NCBI GenBank assembly: GCA_973895155.1
Contig: OZ316894.1
Coordinates: forward strand, 26,707,240-26,771,239
Source of the DNA: Marsupella aquatica
Lineage: Eukaryota > Plantae > Marchantiophyta
Direction of reading: 5' to 3'
Length of the DNA stretch: 64,000 bases
Shown: positions 1 through 12,239 of the stretch, piece by piece
How positions within the stretch are numbered: the first letter of the stretch is position 1
How the letters are laid out: every line of letters begins with the position of its first letter
Notes under the pieces: generated by a model
The model's database searches: none
Told to the model about the DNA's origin: nothing
The model's input: only the letters and a program-made list of their open reading frames with translations
Made by a program: the position numbers and the translations under genes

Positions 1-1109
1 ACAGTACATGTCCTCTTCTACCAGTCAGAGTGAAAATAGTTAAGTTCGGTATCAGTTGGCACTTAACTTTTTAGTCTCATCTACAGAGTGACACTAACTA
101 ATGGTGTTTACCTAAACAACAATATTCAGCTCGCAGGGCAATCCTGAGACTCATTGTGAGCCTTCCCGTACAATGCTGCCTGATTCTCATCCACTGCCCC
201 TCCCACAAAAAAAAACTGTCACTAGAAATGAATGATCCGCACTTGTGGAGGTGGGGGCGGGGGGGGGGGAATGTGTGTAAAAAGAATTTCAGCCACCAGG
301 GCTCAACCCCACGACCGGTCGGCCCCCATTTGAGTGCTCTACCACACCAGCATGTGGTTCATGCTGAAATCTGCCCACAGATAATACTTAACCTAAATTT
401 TGGAGGCTTACATGGGCAGCGGGCAGTGCCTCCAAAATTGCACGTGCTGATCCTCATTAATTAACCTTGGGATTGCCTTTCTTCATTAATAACAACTATA
501 AGGTTTCAACAAAGCCTGACACATCAGCCTCAAGGGACCCTAAGCCACATTATCTTTAGTTTGACAACATTATTTAAAAGCTGACTTTGGGTGTGAACTC
601 ACCCTAAGGGCATTACAAAGCTTCACAACTAGGTTACTCTTCATGATTATGTTATCAGGTTGCAGGATTCATTAACCTGTTTACAAAAATCCTTCCATCA
701 AACACTCTATAACCTAAAACCTACACATTGGACTAAGACTACTGCCTCTAGCCCCCTGGCCCCTCAGACAACCCACTTCATAGCTAGCCCACTTCATAGT
801 TAGCCCGGGGCCATGGCCTACCTTACATAATCTAGCTAATATTTTGTGATGTAAATACATAGCACACGCTGCCAAAGAACAAAAGAGTCAACCCAGGAAA
901 CATGATGTGAGAGGGCAGATGCCCATGAAAGGGAGAAAACAAGCGAAATCCACAATCTGACCCCAACAAAAGGGAGAAAAACAAGTGAAAAATACAATGT
1001 GGAGCCTACTGTCTAGGGCCAACGTGACTCGGGTGGCGACAAGCTTAGGGTGAGGGGGAGAACCGTAGGAGCTCGGGCATGCAGGCTAGTCTCTGGTGAA
1101 TCTCCCCCA

Positions 1110-1157
1110 CCTCTCTCTCTCTCTCTCTGTGTCTCTCTCTCTGTGTCTCTCTCTCTC
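1110..1157 (+). repeat. (CT)n-rich microsatellite in the 5' leader of the OTU gene
   Basis: ctctctctctctctctctgtgtctctctctctgtgtctctctctctc lies about 130 bp upstream of the ATG, typical of plant 5'UTR/GAGA-type tracts. Confidence 0.8.
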
Positions 1158-1286
1158 GGTTGGTGTTTACATTCGCTAGTTTGAAGCGCAGTGAAGGGTT
1201 CGGAGTCCGGAGCTTTGTTAGAGAACACGAGGGAAGGGGTTGCGGCGGACTCTGGAAGCCGTGGGAATTTATGTAGGGGCTGAAGA

Positions 1287-3033
1287 ATGGAGGACACGGA
1301 AGCCGGTGGTGCTTCTGCTTCTGCAGATGTTGTGACTAATGGAGGGGAGGCGGTGGTGGCACCGGCTGCTGCCATAAAGGAGACGCGTTCGGAAGTGCTC
1401 GGTCGCCACCAGTACGTTGCATTGCATTGCGGCTCTCTGTCTGAGTCCCTCCATTTTTTTTGCAGTCTAACTGCTGTCTGTTTGGGGCCTGCTCGGTTCA
1501 CAATGATCACTGCTGTGCTATACGGAATGAGCCGAAGCATTTTTGTTGTGCGTAGAACTCAGGTTTGAGCGGATTTCTTCTGTTCTCTCCTTGTGCACCC
1601 ACCCCCTGCCTTCGGGCCGGGGGGGGGGCAAAAAACGCTTTTCGGATTGAGATGTGGCCCATAGAGGTACTGTTGCACGAGTATGGAAATCTCCTCCCGC
1701 TGCGTTGTGTGCTCTCCTTCCTTTATTACCATCTTTGAATGGTTGCAGTCTTTCATTCTTCCTGCGGTAACGTCAGTTTGTTGATAAATAAGGGTCTTTT
1801 CGGGCACTCGTGAGGAGATTGTAGATACGTGTGGGGCATCCAAGAGTAGTAGGTTGTTGCTAGGATGATACGCCTGGGGTTCTACGTGCGTGAGATTTGC
1901 CGGTCGTCATTTATGACAAGGCATCTGGCTTTTGTGAGCTTAGGAAGGAGATAAAGGAGTTGCAGAACAAGGAGATTGGCTTGAAGAAGGCAGCTGCAAA
2001 AGGGAGCAAAGCTGAGCAGAAAGCCAAGAAAAAATTAGCTGAGGAGGAGATAGCGAGGCTTGATGTGAAGCTGAAGGCGAGACATGTCAAGGAACTGGCT
2101 GCTCTGGGTGTACCAGTGGATGAGAAAGCTGCGGGTAGTGTAGATAACATTGCAAAAGCTATAGCTGGAGTTACGACGGATGGAGGTAGTCAACCAACAC
2201 GGCCGTCGAAAGGGCAAAAGTGGAGGGAGAAAAGAGCGCAACAGGAGGCTGAGCGAGAGCAGAGAATCCAAGTAGGTGTTTAGAGCATTACCATTGTTGT
2301 CTGTCGAAGTTCTTGTCGATTTGTATAATTTGCCACTCCAAGTCTAACTCCTTTTTGCTTTACGTTCCGTGCTATGGTGATAGCCATGTTGTTCATAGCG
2401 TTGCTGTCAAAATGCTTACAGGAAGAGCAACATAGCGTTGTGAGCCAGCGAGCTGTGGAGGAAAAGCATTTAAAAGAAAAGCTTCGACCCCTTGGTTTTA
2501 CATTACAGGACGTAAAATCGGACGGGCATTGTATGTATCGTGCTGTGGAAGATCAATTAGCTTTGTACCCGGAACTTCAGCAGTATACATATCAAGAACT
2601 TAGGAACTTAGCGGCTGATTACATGCGATCGCATGCAACCGATTACATTCCCTTCATCGCCGGAGAAACTGTGGAGAATGAGAAACCAGGGGAGCCCTTG
2701 GAGTCAAAATTCGAGAGATATTGTGGGGAAGTGCAGAGTACAGCAGCTTGGGGAGGGCAGTTAGAACTAGGTGCTTTGTCTCACGCACTCAGAAAACACA
2801 TCGTGGTTTATGCAGCAAATCTACCAGATGTAGAAATGGGGAGTGAGTACGTAGGGGAGATCGAAGAGGACGGGTCATCTCGCACCCCAAGTATCCGGGT
2901 CTCGTATCACCGACATGCTTTTGGACTTGGGGAACATTATAATTCTGTTGTGCCTGCACAACCGTTGCTTGTGCAAAACGCTCCATTATCTGAGAGTGTA
3001 CACCAAGTGTTGAGAGATCAACCCCACACATAG
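1287..3033 (+). CDS. OTU5: OTU-domain deubiquitinase (OTUD6B / Arabidopsis OTU5-like), 3 coding exons: 1287-1411, 1944-2271, 2422-3033
   Basis: The spliced product reads ...ETRSEVLGRHQ|KEIKELQNKEIGLKKAAAKGSKAEQKAKKK...EQRIQ|EEQ..., with the OTU catalytic motifs DGHCMYRAV, WGGQLEL and RHAFGLGEHYNSV. GT-AG introns at 1412-1943 and 2272-2421 keep the frame. Confidence 0.93.
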
Positions 3034-3576
3034 GACATAGACCTGATCTGTGCTCAATAATGCACCTTCCAGACTACAGTGAGCATGGAAATGTAAACGT
3101 TTGAACAAGGTCTTCAATGATATAAAACTCCTTGCAGAGTTCTAACAACGAAGGAGCACACAGGCCGGAACTTTACTACAACCATGATTCTAGCGGTGTC
3201 AAATTTGGGCAAAATGACGACTACTGGTTTCACACTAATAGTCTTGGCGTCTTTGACTAACCATGGTCGAAAAGAAGCACTCAGGCTGTACTGGTTATAT
3301 TAATGTAGATCTTAAGAGGATTGCAGCCACCGATTCCATATTATTAAAGAAGCCTCTCTTCCATGTTCAGTTTGCTCTGCTACCTGGTCCAGTTTCCTTC
3401 AAAAAACATATAAACTCCAGCTTCGTTTTATGGGATCCATTTCTTTCCAGCATTTTATGAAAGCACGGAGTTAGTGAATCTGTCGGAGGTCCAGATAAAG
3501 ATGGCTTGTAGTTCTTTCACTAGATTCAGAGTAATTAGGTCTACTATCAGATTCTGTGAGAAATTTTATTTTGTCG

Positions 3577-3870
3577 ACTCAGTGATGACATTGGCATGAT
3601 CGCCATCTTTTATTGGAGCCAATGGCACTAGTAGAAAGCCGGGAACCGTTTGCAATGGACAGGCTGTCCACTCAGTGATGACGTTGACATGGGCGCTGTC
3701 TTTTATGGGAGCCAATGGCACCAGAACAACGTTGGGAACCCGTTAGAACGCACGGGCTACGAGCCTTTCTTAACAAAGCGACTTGGTTTAAACCACCACT
3801 AGCCATGGCACACGAGGGAAGAGAGCCTTTTTTAACACAGCGACTTGGTTTAAACCACCACTAGCCCTGG
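3577..3870. repeat. Two local tandem duplications (about 95-bp unit x2, then about 62-bp period x2)
   Basis: actcagtgatgac.ttg.catg...cttttat.ggagccaatggcac occurs at about 3577 and 3670. gcgacttggtttaaaccaccactagcc occurs at about 3778 and 3840. Confidence 0.8.
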
Positions 3871-5866
3871 CTGTAGAGGAGCGGATGGAGTGAAATATGA
3901 CAATGGGATAAGTCTTGTACTCTACCTCCTTTTGTACGGCTAGTGGCATGAAAGTGCTATGAAAAAGGGATAACTCGTGTACTCTTCCCCCTTTTATATG
4001 GCTAGTTGCTGGCAAATTGAACGCCATTTTTTCTCGTAAGGGTCTGGAGTCGAAAGTGCAATGTGCAGATGTACTAAACGAGCAATGTGCGTGAGTGCTT
4101 AACGTGGATAAGTGGAAGCTGATGCTCAGAACTTTCCCGTGGAAACTGCAGACTTAACGCACGAGATGACAAATCGTGCTGTACGTCTATAAAAGTTCAG
4201 ACTCAGATAAAATACTGCAGGTTTCCTTTCTTGATAGATGCATAGAATGTATCCTGCAGTTACGTATATTTTGTTCTTCAGTGTGAGTTTATTCCCTGTC
4301 TAAACGGCAAAGCAAATCCTCTTTTCACAAGGGAGTTTCCTCTGGGCAGAGACGCAAAATGTTCTCAAAAGCTTGTCACGCCAAGGCATGAAATAGTTCC
4401 CATAGCCATAAGTCGATATTCAACTGCCATGTTAGTTTGCATAAAGCTCGAAATCATTCCGAAATTTTACCTTTCAGGCCTACCGTACACATCAACAGTC
4501 GAGGTGATTCATTTCTTAATTTCGGTAACGAACATTTTCCGGTGAGATCTACATCACCTTCTAAATTTTGTGGACGAAAGATCACGACCAAGAAGCCCCA
4601 CCTGTGCTGAGTAGGACCGAACATAAACTTTACTCCCGTAGCGCCTGAGTGAATCGCTCACACAGTTACATGGAGGAAAGACTGGGTCTGATTGACTTAA
4701 TTGTATCTAATAGAACCGATCAGCCAAACTTTTTAGGTCCAATAGAGAGACTGCTGTGCTGGTAGACTTGACCATACCCATATTGCTTAGTATCACGATT
4801 TGGACTTGGTCCTCAAGACCATAAAGTTCCAAGACTGAAGCGCAGACATATTCAATGCATCCTCCCTTCAATCACGACCAACAACTAGTGCTGTCTAAGT
4901 GAGCACGAGTAACTGGACTGTCACACCTGACGAACCCCAAATCTGGCCCCTTTGTTCAAAAGAATGAATCAATGATCGAATTGTACTCGAGAAGGACTGA
5001 ATCAGTTCATGCAACCGAACAGTTTTCCAGAAGTGTGGACATTGCAAACCGAGTCGCAGAAAATCCTTCTTTTTCCATCCTGAGAATCTGAAACACGAAG
5101 TCCCCTTGATCTCTGCACACCTGCAAGAGATGAATGTATAAACTTGAGGTACAGCAAAACATGTCGAGTGAGCTTCAAATCTAAGCTCGCACAGGAGAGT
5201 TCATACTTACCTAAGAACCGCTGATTTAACTATATGCACAAGCCAGCGATGTACAAAAAGAAATCCTTTGGTCTATATAGCTACTACCCAATAACAAGTC
5301 AGCTTTGGAGGATGTCAGATGCAGTTATGTTGTGGATTTCTCGGTACAATTCAAGAAAATCGCGTCCCATTCGAGCTATGATGACTGCAATGCAGATTTT
5401 GAGAAAATTCCATGCTTTAAACCGAGGTACTTTGCAAAAGTCTAGTGGCAGTTCACCATAAAACCACTATGGACCTAATCATCAAAACATCCTTCCATGA
5501 TTGTTCTAAAACGTGCAAACTAGATTATGACATCTCGTCACGGGGTGATCTCTCCCAAATGTTTACAAGAAGAAAAACAACCGTCCAGTTATGATAATTC
5601 TCGCCAGACAATAATACTGAAGGACGTGGATCCAACGCTGCTGAGCTTTGAGAGTTCCAAGTAAGTTAGTATAGAGAGAGACAAGTGCCAGGATCCAGCT
5701 CATTCTTTAGACCACGAAACCATGAAGACCGTATTGTGAAAACCTCAAATGTGTTGTGGATCTCCAAACAGATACGAGGGCAAGAATGCTGACCTGAGAT
5801 GAAGGGGCAAGGATGAAGCCCGGACGTATGTTCATTGCTGTGCTAGAAATTCGCATTAAGCGCAAA

Positions 5867-7614
5867 TCACTTTCCTTCCTCGCTGTCCTTAGCCCTTTGC
5901 CTTTCCAGGAGTAAAGCTGCTATCCGCTCCCGCTTAAGTGAGTTAGAGGAAGGCTCCACCACTCGTGAAGGCCCTTTCCTTTGATACGAGCCATGCATCA
6001 ACTCTGCCCGGGCCCATAACAAAACTGTTCCAAAGAAGACACATCCCATTGCCAGTCCAAATCCCCAAACCGCAGCAGCTCTGGGTGTGAATCTTGTGTT
6101 CGATGCAGCATACACTGCGGGTCCATAGTGCCTCCTGGAAGTGTCATATGGGCTGTGAACCGCAGACTTGTTCAATATTCGTTGATATGCTGCTGTAATT
6201 CGCAAAAATTCTTGGCCATCTTTCTTGTTTAAATCTGGATGGCTGCAATAGCGACCACACCCGTAAGATGTTCACTTCAAGAACGAAATCGTAAACATTA
6301 GTGTGACTTTTCAACTCCTGGGCTCAAAGACTCCACAAAACTGACTCACAGTGGCTGTGGAAAATATCAGCTCAAAATTGTTCCTACTAATACAATTTGT
6401 CAATAGTATAGCAGCTATTGCTGGCTCAGTTGGACATCTGGCCAGTACCCTTGTCAGATAGACATCATGTGAAATACATCATGTTTACGTTATGCCCAAC
6501 CTAGCTATTCAAGACGGACAACATGCCAAACAACCGAATAGAACTCCCTTTTGCTGGACCTGTGGTGAGTACTTTTTTGGGATAATCAACATTATACATA
6601 GAAATTTCTCAACCTCTAACAATGGCCGTGTAAAGGTTTGCTCTAGCATATCCATTGACGACGTTTGTCCTATAATGTACACGCAGCTCATCGTTTACAT
6701 TCAAAAATCATTAGTCTCTCATCTTTTCTCAGGTCCAGTCATGTCTCATTTTCGCACTGACTTATGCTAGTGTCCGTACGGCACAGAAGAAAAGTACTCG
6801 TTATCGTTTGCCGCCTACACAGCCTTTCACTTGTGATCCCTTCAAACCGTCTTCAATCCATTCAGTGGAAATAGAAATGAACCCGCCAGATTATTTATGT
6901 CAATTTGCAGCGTTCGACTGGAGAACAGTACTTTTTGTGCGACTCACCCCTTACTTCGCTTAAACCAATGCTCTAATCCAAGTGTCATTGTCTTTCCAAT
7001 AGCTCACGTCATCCTTCAAGACCAAAAACAACCACCCATAATGCGGATGGATTTGTAAAGAACAGTCCCCAAACGGACTTTGCTGTGATAGAACATCTAA
7101 TAAAATTGAAAGGTTGAAGTTTAATACGAAAACCATTTTCTTAACATTTGGGCAATATGACTGTCTAAAATAGAAATAACAACCCCGACCAGGAGGGTTT
7201 TGAAAGAGGTACAAATGATTCATGTTTCGCAATTGTCCACAAGATGGATTTGCTTAATCACCAAACAATCTTTCCCACAATTGAGTAGGGTCCCCATGAC
7301 AACCGAGGGAAGAATCTGACCTAGGGAGGCGTATGATTTTGGTACACCAGGATCAGATGTAACAGAACCAAAAAGCGGCCAGAGCCCAGAGGAAAGCCAA
7401 AGAGGAGAAGGAATGATACTTACTACTGCAATGCGAGCTTGCGGTAAGCACCCTTGACTTCGTCCAAACTTGCATTCTTTGAGAGGCCCAGTTGGGCATA
7501 TGCAGAGGAGAGCGATTCCGGACCGTGACCTGAGCTGTACGAAGATTGGCCAGGATAGAAAGTTGGGTACCTGGAAATCGTATTCCGTAGTAATCCATGT
7601 CTTCTGGCGGCCAT
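5867..7614 (-). CDS. Small J-domain (DnaJ type III) protein with a C-terminal transmembrane helix, exons 7614-7424 and 6242-5867
   Basis: Splicing gives AYAQLGLSKNASLDEVKGAYRKLALQY|HPDLNKKDGQEFLRITAAYQRIL, a J domain with the HPD motif (TA+C forms Tyr across a GT-AG intron). It is followed by hydrophobic AAAVWGFGLAMGCVFFGTVLLWA. The Arg-rich N-terminus suggests organellar targeting. The start codon is not certain. Confidence 0.88.
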
Positions 7615-9589
7615 CTTCTCCTCTACCTCATAAAAACTATCTTAGAGCATTAATTTTCCCCTGCCCTAACCATGTGCCAGGGCTAAACTTATTCCCATCG
7701 AATAGACTGCAGCATGTCGAAGGCGAATTCATGCTTCAGTCTGCGTGTGCAGTCCATGAGTTCCTGAAGCCCTCACACGGGATGCTACTCCAATTTGCTG
7801 CCCACACAGAAGAGCTGGCAGTTTGGACCTCAGCTGCACGCACCAACCTACATAGACCCCGCAATGAGTAGAAATAACTCATTGAGCTCTAAGTTACCCT
7901 TCCTGTCAGAATCCTACGCGGATCTTAGTCAGCCTTTGGCATAAGAACATAAAATTCCAGACAGACGAACGCGAATAGACCATTGTGCAAAGAACGAGAA
8001 ACTTTGGTTCAGACTCTGGGAGAGCATTAAAGTTCTACGAGGAATCCAGACAGCCGTTGGCAATAGACCACGCAATTGTAGAAAGGAGGAAGTAGATCAA
8101 CAACATAATGTACACAAAATCAATTAATGTTGATCTCCTTCGCTCCAGATCGAGAGTCTAAAAAAATAGGGAGGGGCACGTTTGGTGGGGTGTGTGGGGT
8201 AGAATCTTCAGGGTGGTGTCGATCAAACTCCCCGGTCAGGAAAGTCCGCTTTTTCTGAAAGAGAAAGAACTCCACGACTCCTCCATCAAAACAAAAAGGG
8301 TTACGCGGCAGACAAAAACAAAGTTTAAATCTTCGAGAATGGAAGATATGAAGAGAGGAATTAGTTGATGTACGCATGTTATTAAGCTTGTGAGTAAATT
8401 AACACATTCTCTTACAAAGATTATTGGAGTTCATTTTCCATCTTAGCTCAATCATCACCCTTTGTCTCCTCATGGATGTAAACTGAGTATACCTATTTAG
8501 TATACCTAAGGATACCCTAAACCCTAATGCACTGTCATCCTTATCCACTTTGTTACAAAATGATCAATTGTATGCATAATCCAACAGATTGGAACGGCTA
8601 GAGTTTAGTTGTTGTTGTTGTTTGTTAAGTAAATCAATTACATATAAAATAATTCTTCATTATAATTAAAAAGTAAATAAAAAGGTTACAAGTGGTTACT
8701 TTATTGTCTCTACTCTTTGTCATTTGGCATGTTATTTTTTAATTTTCTTAAGTTTTTCCCGTTCCCAAGTCTAACCATTTTGGTGGCATTGCAACAAACA
8801 CAAATTAATGGTCATGTTTGTTTGTCATCGCAAACATTATCATTCATATTTGTGATGGAAAGTGCATACATCTAAGTGAAACAACATGCCAGGAATTTTG
8901 CAAGAGAGTCCTCATGAGGATAAGTAAAAAATATATTAGAAAAAAAGGAAAGAGAGGAAGAGCACAATGTTTTTAGTATTTTGGGAGGGTTTCTATATAT
9001 TTGTTGTGAAAGACAAGGTCAAGCCAATAAATACAAGTAAAGCCTAAACCCTATCACATTGCCAAATAACAAAAGGGGCCCAACCTAGAGACACTGCCCA
9101 AGAGCAAGAGACTCGACAAAGTACATAAATCACCACCAAAGAACAAAAAGTGCCTTGCCAAGAGATAGGATTCCAAAGGGTAAAAACCTAGCAACAAGGG
9201 GAAAGTAACGGGGAAAATTGCAAAAACCATAGTGCAAAAAAAGTTGAGACAATATTACATGGCATATGTTAAGCATTGACAACATTCACAACGACATGCC
9301 CATAACCACCTAACGATCAAGTACTCGACAGAGAGAGATACATTGTTCACCTCAACATGAGGCTGCGTCCACGACAACACACAAAAGCTTTACTGCACTC
9401 TAGGCCGATTGACCATACCAAGCATCCACAACACAAGCTCACCCTATCTCTCAACTTGCTCCATAACAATGAGCCTGAGTTCCCACTCTCTAAACAAACA
9501 CCGTTTGGGTATAGTGTGTGTGCAGCATGACTAACCTAACCTAGTTTGTGATTAAGGTTAGCCCTAACTGTGATACAATCATAACTCTA

Positions 9590-11270
9590 GACCTAAGAGT
9601 TAATCCTAAGAGCATAATATCCCAATGTACCTTAGTTCCCTTGATTAACCATATATGCTTACCATTCTTGTAGCATGTGCTATGTCTGGTCAAGTACACA
9701 CCAAAAGATACATCAAATTACCATATATTGCGCTGTCATAAGGAATCTTGGACATCAACCCCTTTATTGTAAATGGGACAAGATGTAGTCAAAAGCTTGA
9801 AATGCACATACCGCCAAGGAGTACTCATTGCATTAGCACTTGCATGTTGAAGTTGGCAAGAACTTTCTATGTGTACTTACTTTACGTTAGCCACAATTTT
9901 CTGTACCTTCTCTCCTTGTGAATCTTCATCTCAAGAATGCGCATGGGTGGCCCTAAATCCTTCATATTAAAGTCAACACTCAGGAGAGTCTTGAGTCTAG
10001 TAACCTTTGACATATCTTTAGCAATGATGAGCTTACATAGCTTCGATTACATAGCCATCGCTTGTCCACAACGTACACTTGCTTCCTGGCTTGAATTGTT
10101 TGCGTCCCTCCAAGCTTCAACTGAAGCTCACTCTAAATATAGGTTGATGCCAAATGCAGCCTTCATGTCGAAAAAACAATTGTTGGTCTCCCCCTAACAC
10201 CATAGCTTTCTTAAATCAAAAACACTACAAAATTTTCATGTGAAGTGATGGCTCGTCCGTTTCATGCATTCTTCCCACCAAAACGACAAGCGCTCTTCTG
10301 CCAACAGTGCGTGTTGTTCTCCTGTCTGTCTTGTGGCCTTAATGCTCAACGTAACTCACAAACGATCAATTATGAATGGTAGAAACACGATTTCTTCTAT
10401 GTGTAAGCAAAAACCGTCAAAAAATGCAATTCCTCTATATTCAACCTTTTGTTTGATAAACCAGAGAGATCATCTCAACCAGATCAATCTCCTCTATCTT
10501 TCGAGCGTTCTCTTTTGTATGAGCACACACGAAGACCACCGGGAGACTCAAAACCATTGGTTATCGTCTTGCTTAAAATTGATTTCACTTCATCACACAC
10601 ATTCCTTGGATGAACATGGGAGTCCATGGATTAATTTCATCTAATAGTAAAGTAGCTTTTGCGTCATCAAATGATAAAGTAGTTTTACCATACAAAACTG
10701 TCTGGACCAAATTCTCAGAAGATGAAGGTAAAAGACAATCATATATGAAGCATCTTCTTCTTGTCCTCTACCTTCTCATCGAGACTTGTCAACATTGTTA
10801 TGATCAAATTGAAGCTGTCATTGAGCTGTCATAGAGCTCATGCAGGGTCTTACCTTCAAGCATTTTGAAATCTATCAACTTCAATGTCGTGTATAGCCTT
10901 GTTGTCAGCAACTTCTCCTTGCATATCATCTTCAACCTATCCAACAACTTTGTTACTGAATCTTTGGTCATCACCTGAAGCAGCACTTTTGACAACACGT
11001 GCAGCCTGATCAGGCAAAGTGTACAAGCACAAATTTCCTCTCAGTCCTCCTACGTCATGGCTGTTCGCTTTGTCTGGGACGCCAATCTCAAGCCCTGAGA
11101 AACTAGTGCATCTTGCATTTGGATATTCCACAATGTAAAATTATTTTGTCTGATGAACTTCTTCACCTTTCTTGCACTATTCACCTTTGTAGGTCATTGT
11201 GTAGCCTTGCAACCTTCTTGTGCTAGATATATTTTCACTACTTCAATTCCTGGCTAGAATCCAGATGCTG
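9590..11270 (-). mobile_element. Degenerate, internally deleted Ty1/copia (Tnt1-like) retrotransposon relic: gag joined to RT
   Basis: Gag-like segments KVLLQVMTKDSVTKLLDRLKMICKEKLLTTRLYTTLKLIDFKMLEG and LPSSSENLVQTVLYGKTTLSFDDAKATLL (about 11000-10640). RT segments FNMKDLGPPMRILEMKIHKERRYRKLWLT and MSKIPYDSAI.GNLMYLLVCT*PDIAHA (about 9980-9670) match Tnt1 polyprotein motifs. Many stops and frameshifts; boundaries approximate. Confidence 0.85.
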
Positions 11271-12239
11271 TGGTCGTAATGTGTCAATGAAGTGGTCATG
11301 GGGACGAATCTTAATTTCGTGATTGATTTAAGTCCTCTTGAAACAACAAACCAGGGTTCCCTTTTTGCCTGGCCTTGCCAAAACTAACATTAAATTTTTC
11401 CATGAGAAATGATACTAAACCCTTTCAGCAAGAGAAGAGTCTGCATACATTGCTCAAACTTTAGACCAAAAATGAGGTGCATGGATCGGTGTATGGTTTA
11501 CACAACCATTTTGGCCAATCACCAATCATGCAATTTGAAGGGGTGTAAGAATGTCCAGGAGCATTTTATCAAATCGCAATAGGTTGATATGCTCATTTAA
11601 GTCCTTCCTGTGTTTTGCATTTGTATTTTGATGTATTTCGGAGAGCATCCACCTATAACAACAACCGCTGGGCAGGGGCTCGTGAATGGCTTCAACAGGC
11701 TGTCCATGGAATTCTTATATCTGAGAATGGACTTGTGAATGTCCACAGCAGGCTGCCCTGGGAATTCACAAATCTGAGATTGTACAATGCACTATTTTTT
11801 AGAAAAGAAGGGGGAAACAAAACACGCATCAAACACAGAGTAACCTAAAGCCCCTTCTCATGGGGCATCTTCCAGGGGGGAGATTTGCCAGGGCTTTATG
11901 CTGGACAATGCCCTGCTAGAGGGCTCTACCTAACACAAAAATTCATGCAAACTTTCAGTACTTTGGGAAGTCATTTATCAAATCCTCATCTGTCAATTCG
12001 TAGACATCCTTCTTGAGAGTTTGCAAGAATTAAATATTTTCATTTAGTTAACAGGGAACACCTACATGTGCAGAGACAATCGTTGCATCTCCTAATATTA
12101 GAATTACCAATTAAAGTAAAGTTCCTAATAATCAAATGATCAAGAAAAAATCTTAATTTCAACTTTTGCCGTTTCTTATTGATTCACATGTCCATCCGAA
12201 AAATATTGATGATCACTTCAGTTTTTAGAGGCTTAAAAT

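Noticed and set aside
1013-1540. 175-aa minus-strand ORF with an RE-rich segment
   Set aside because: Shadow of OTU exon 1 and the CT microsatellite; no recognisable domain.
8510-9055. Interstitial telomeric repeats (AAACCCT)
   Set aside because: Only isolated single or double motifs here and elsewhere (e.g. about 23070, 56255), not arrays.
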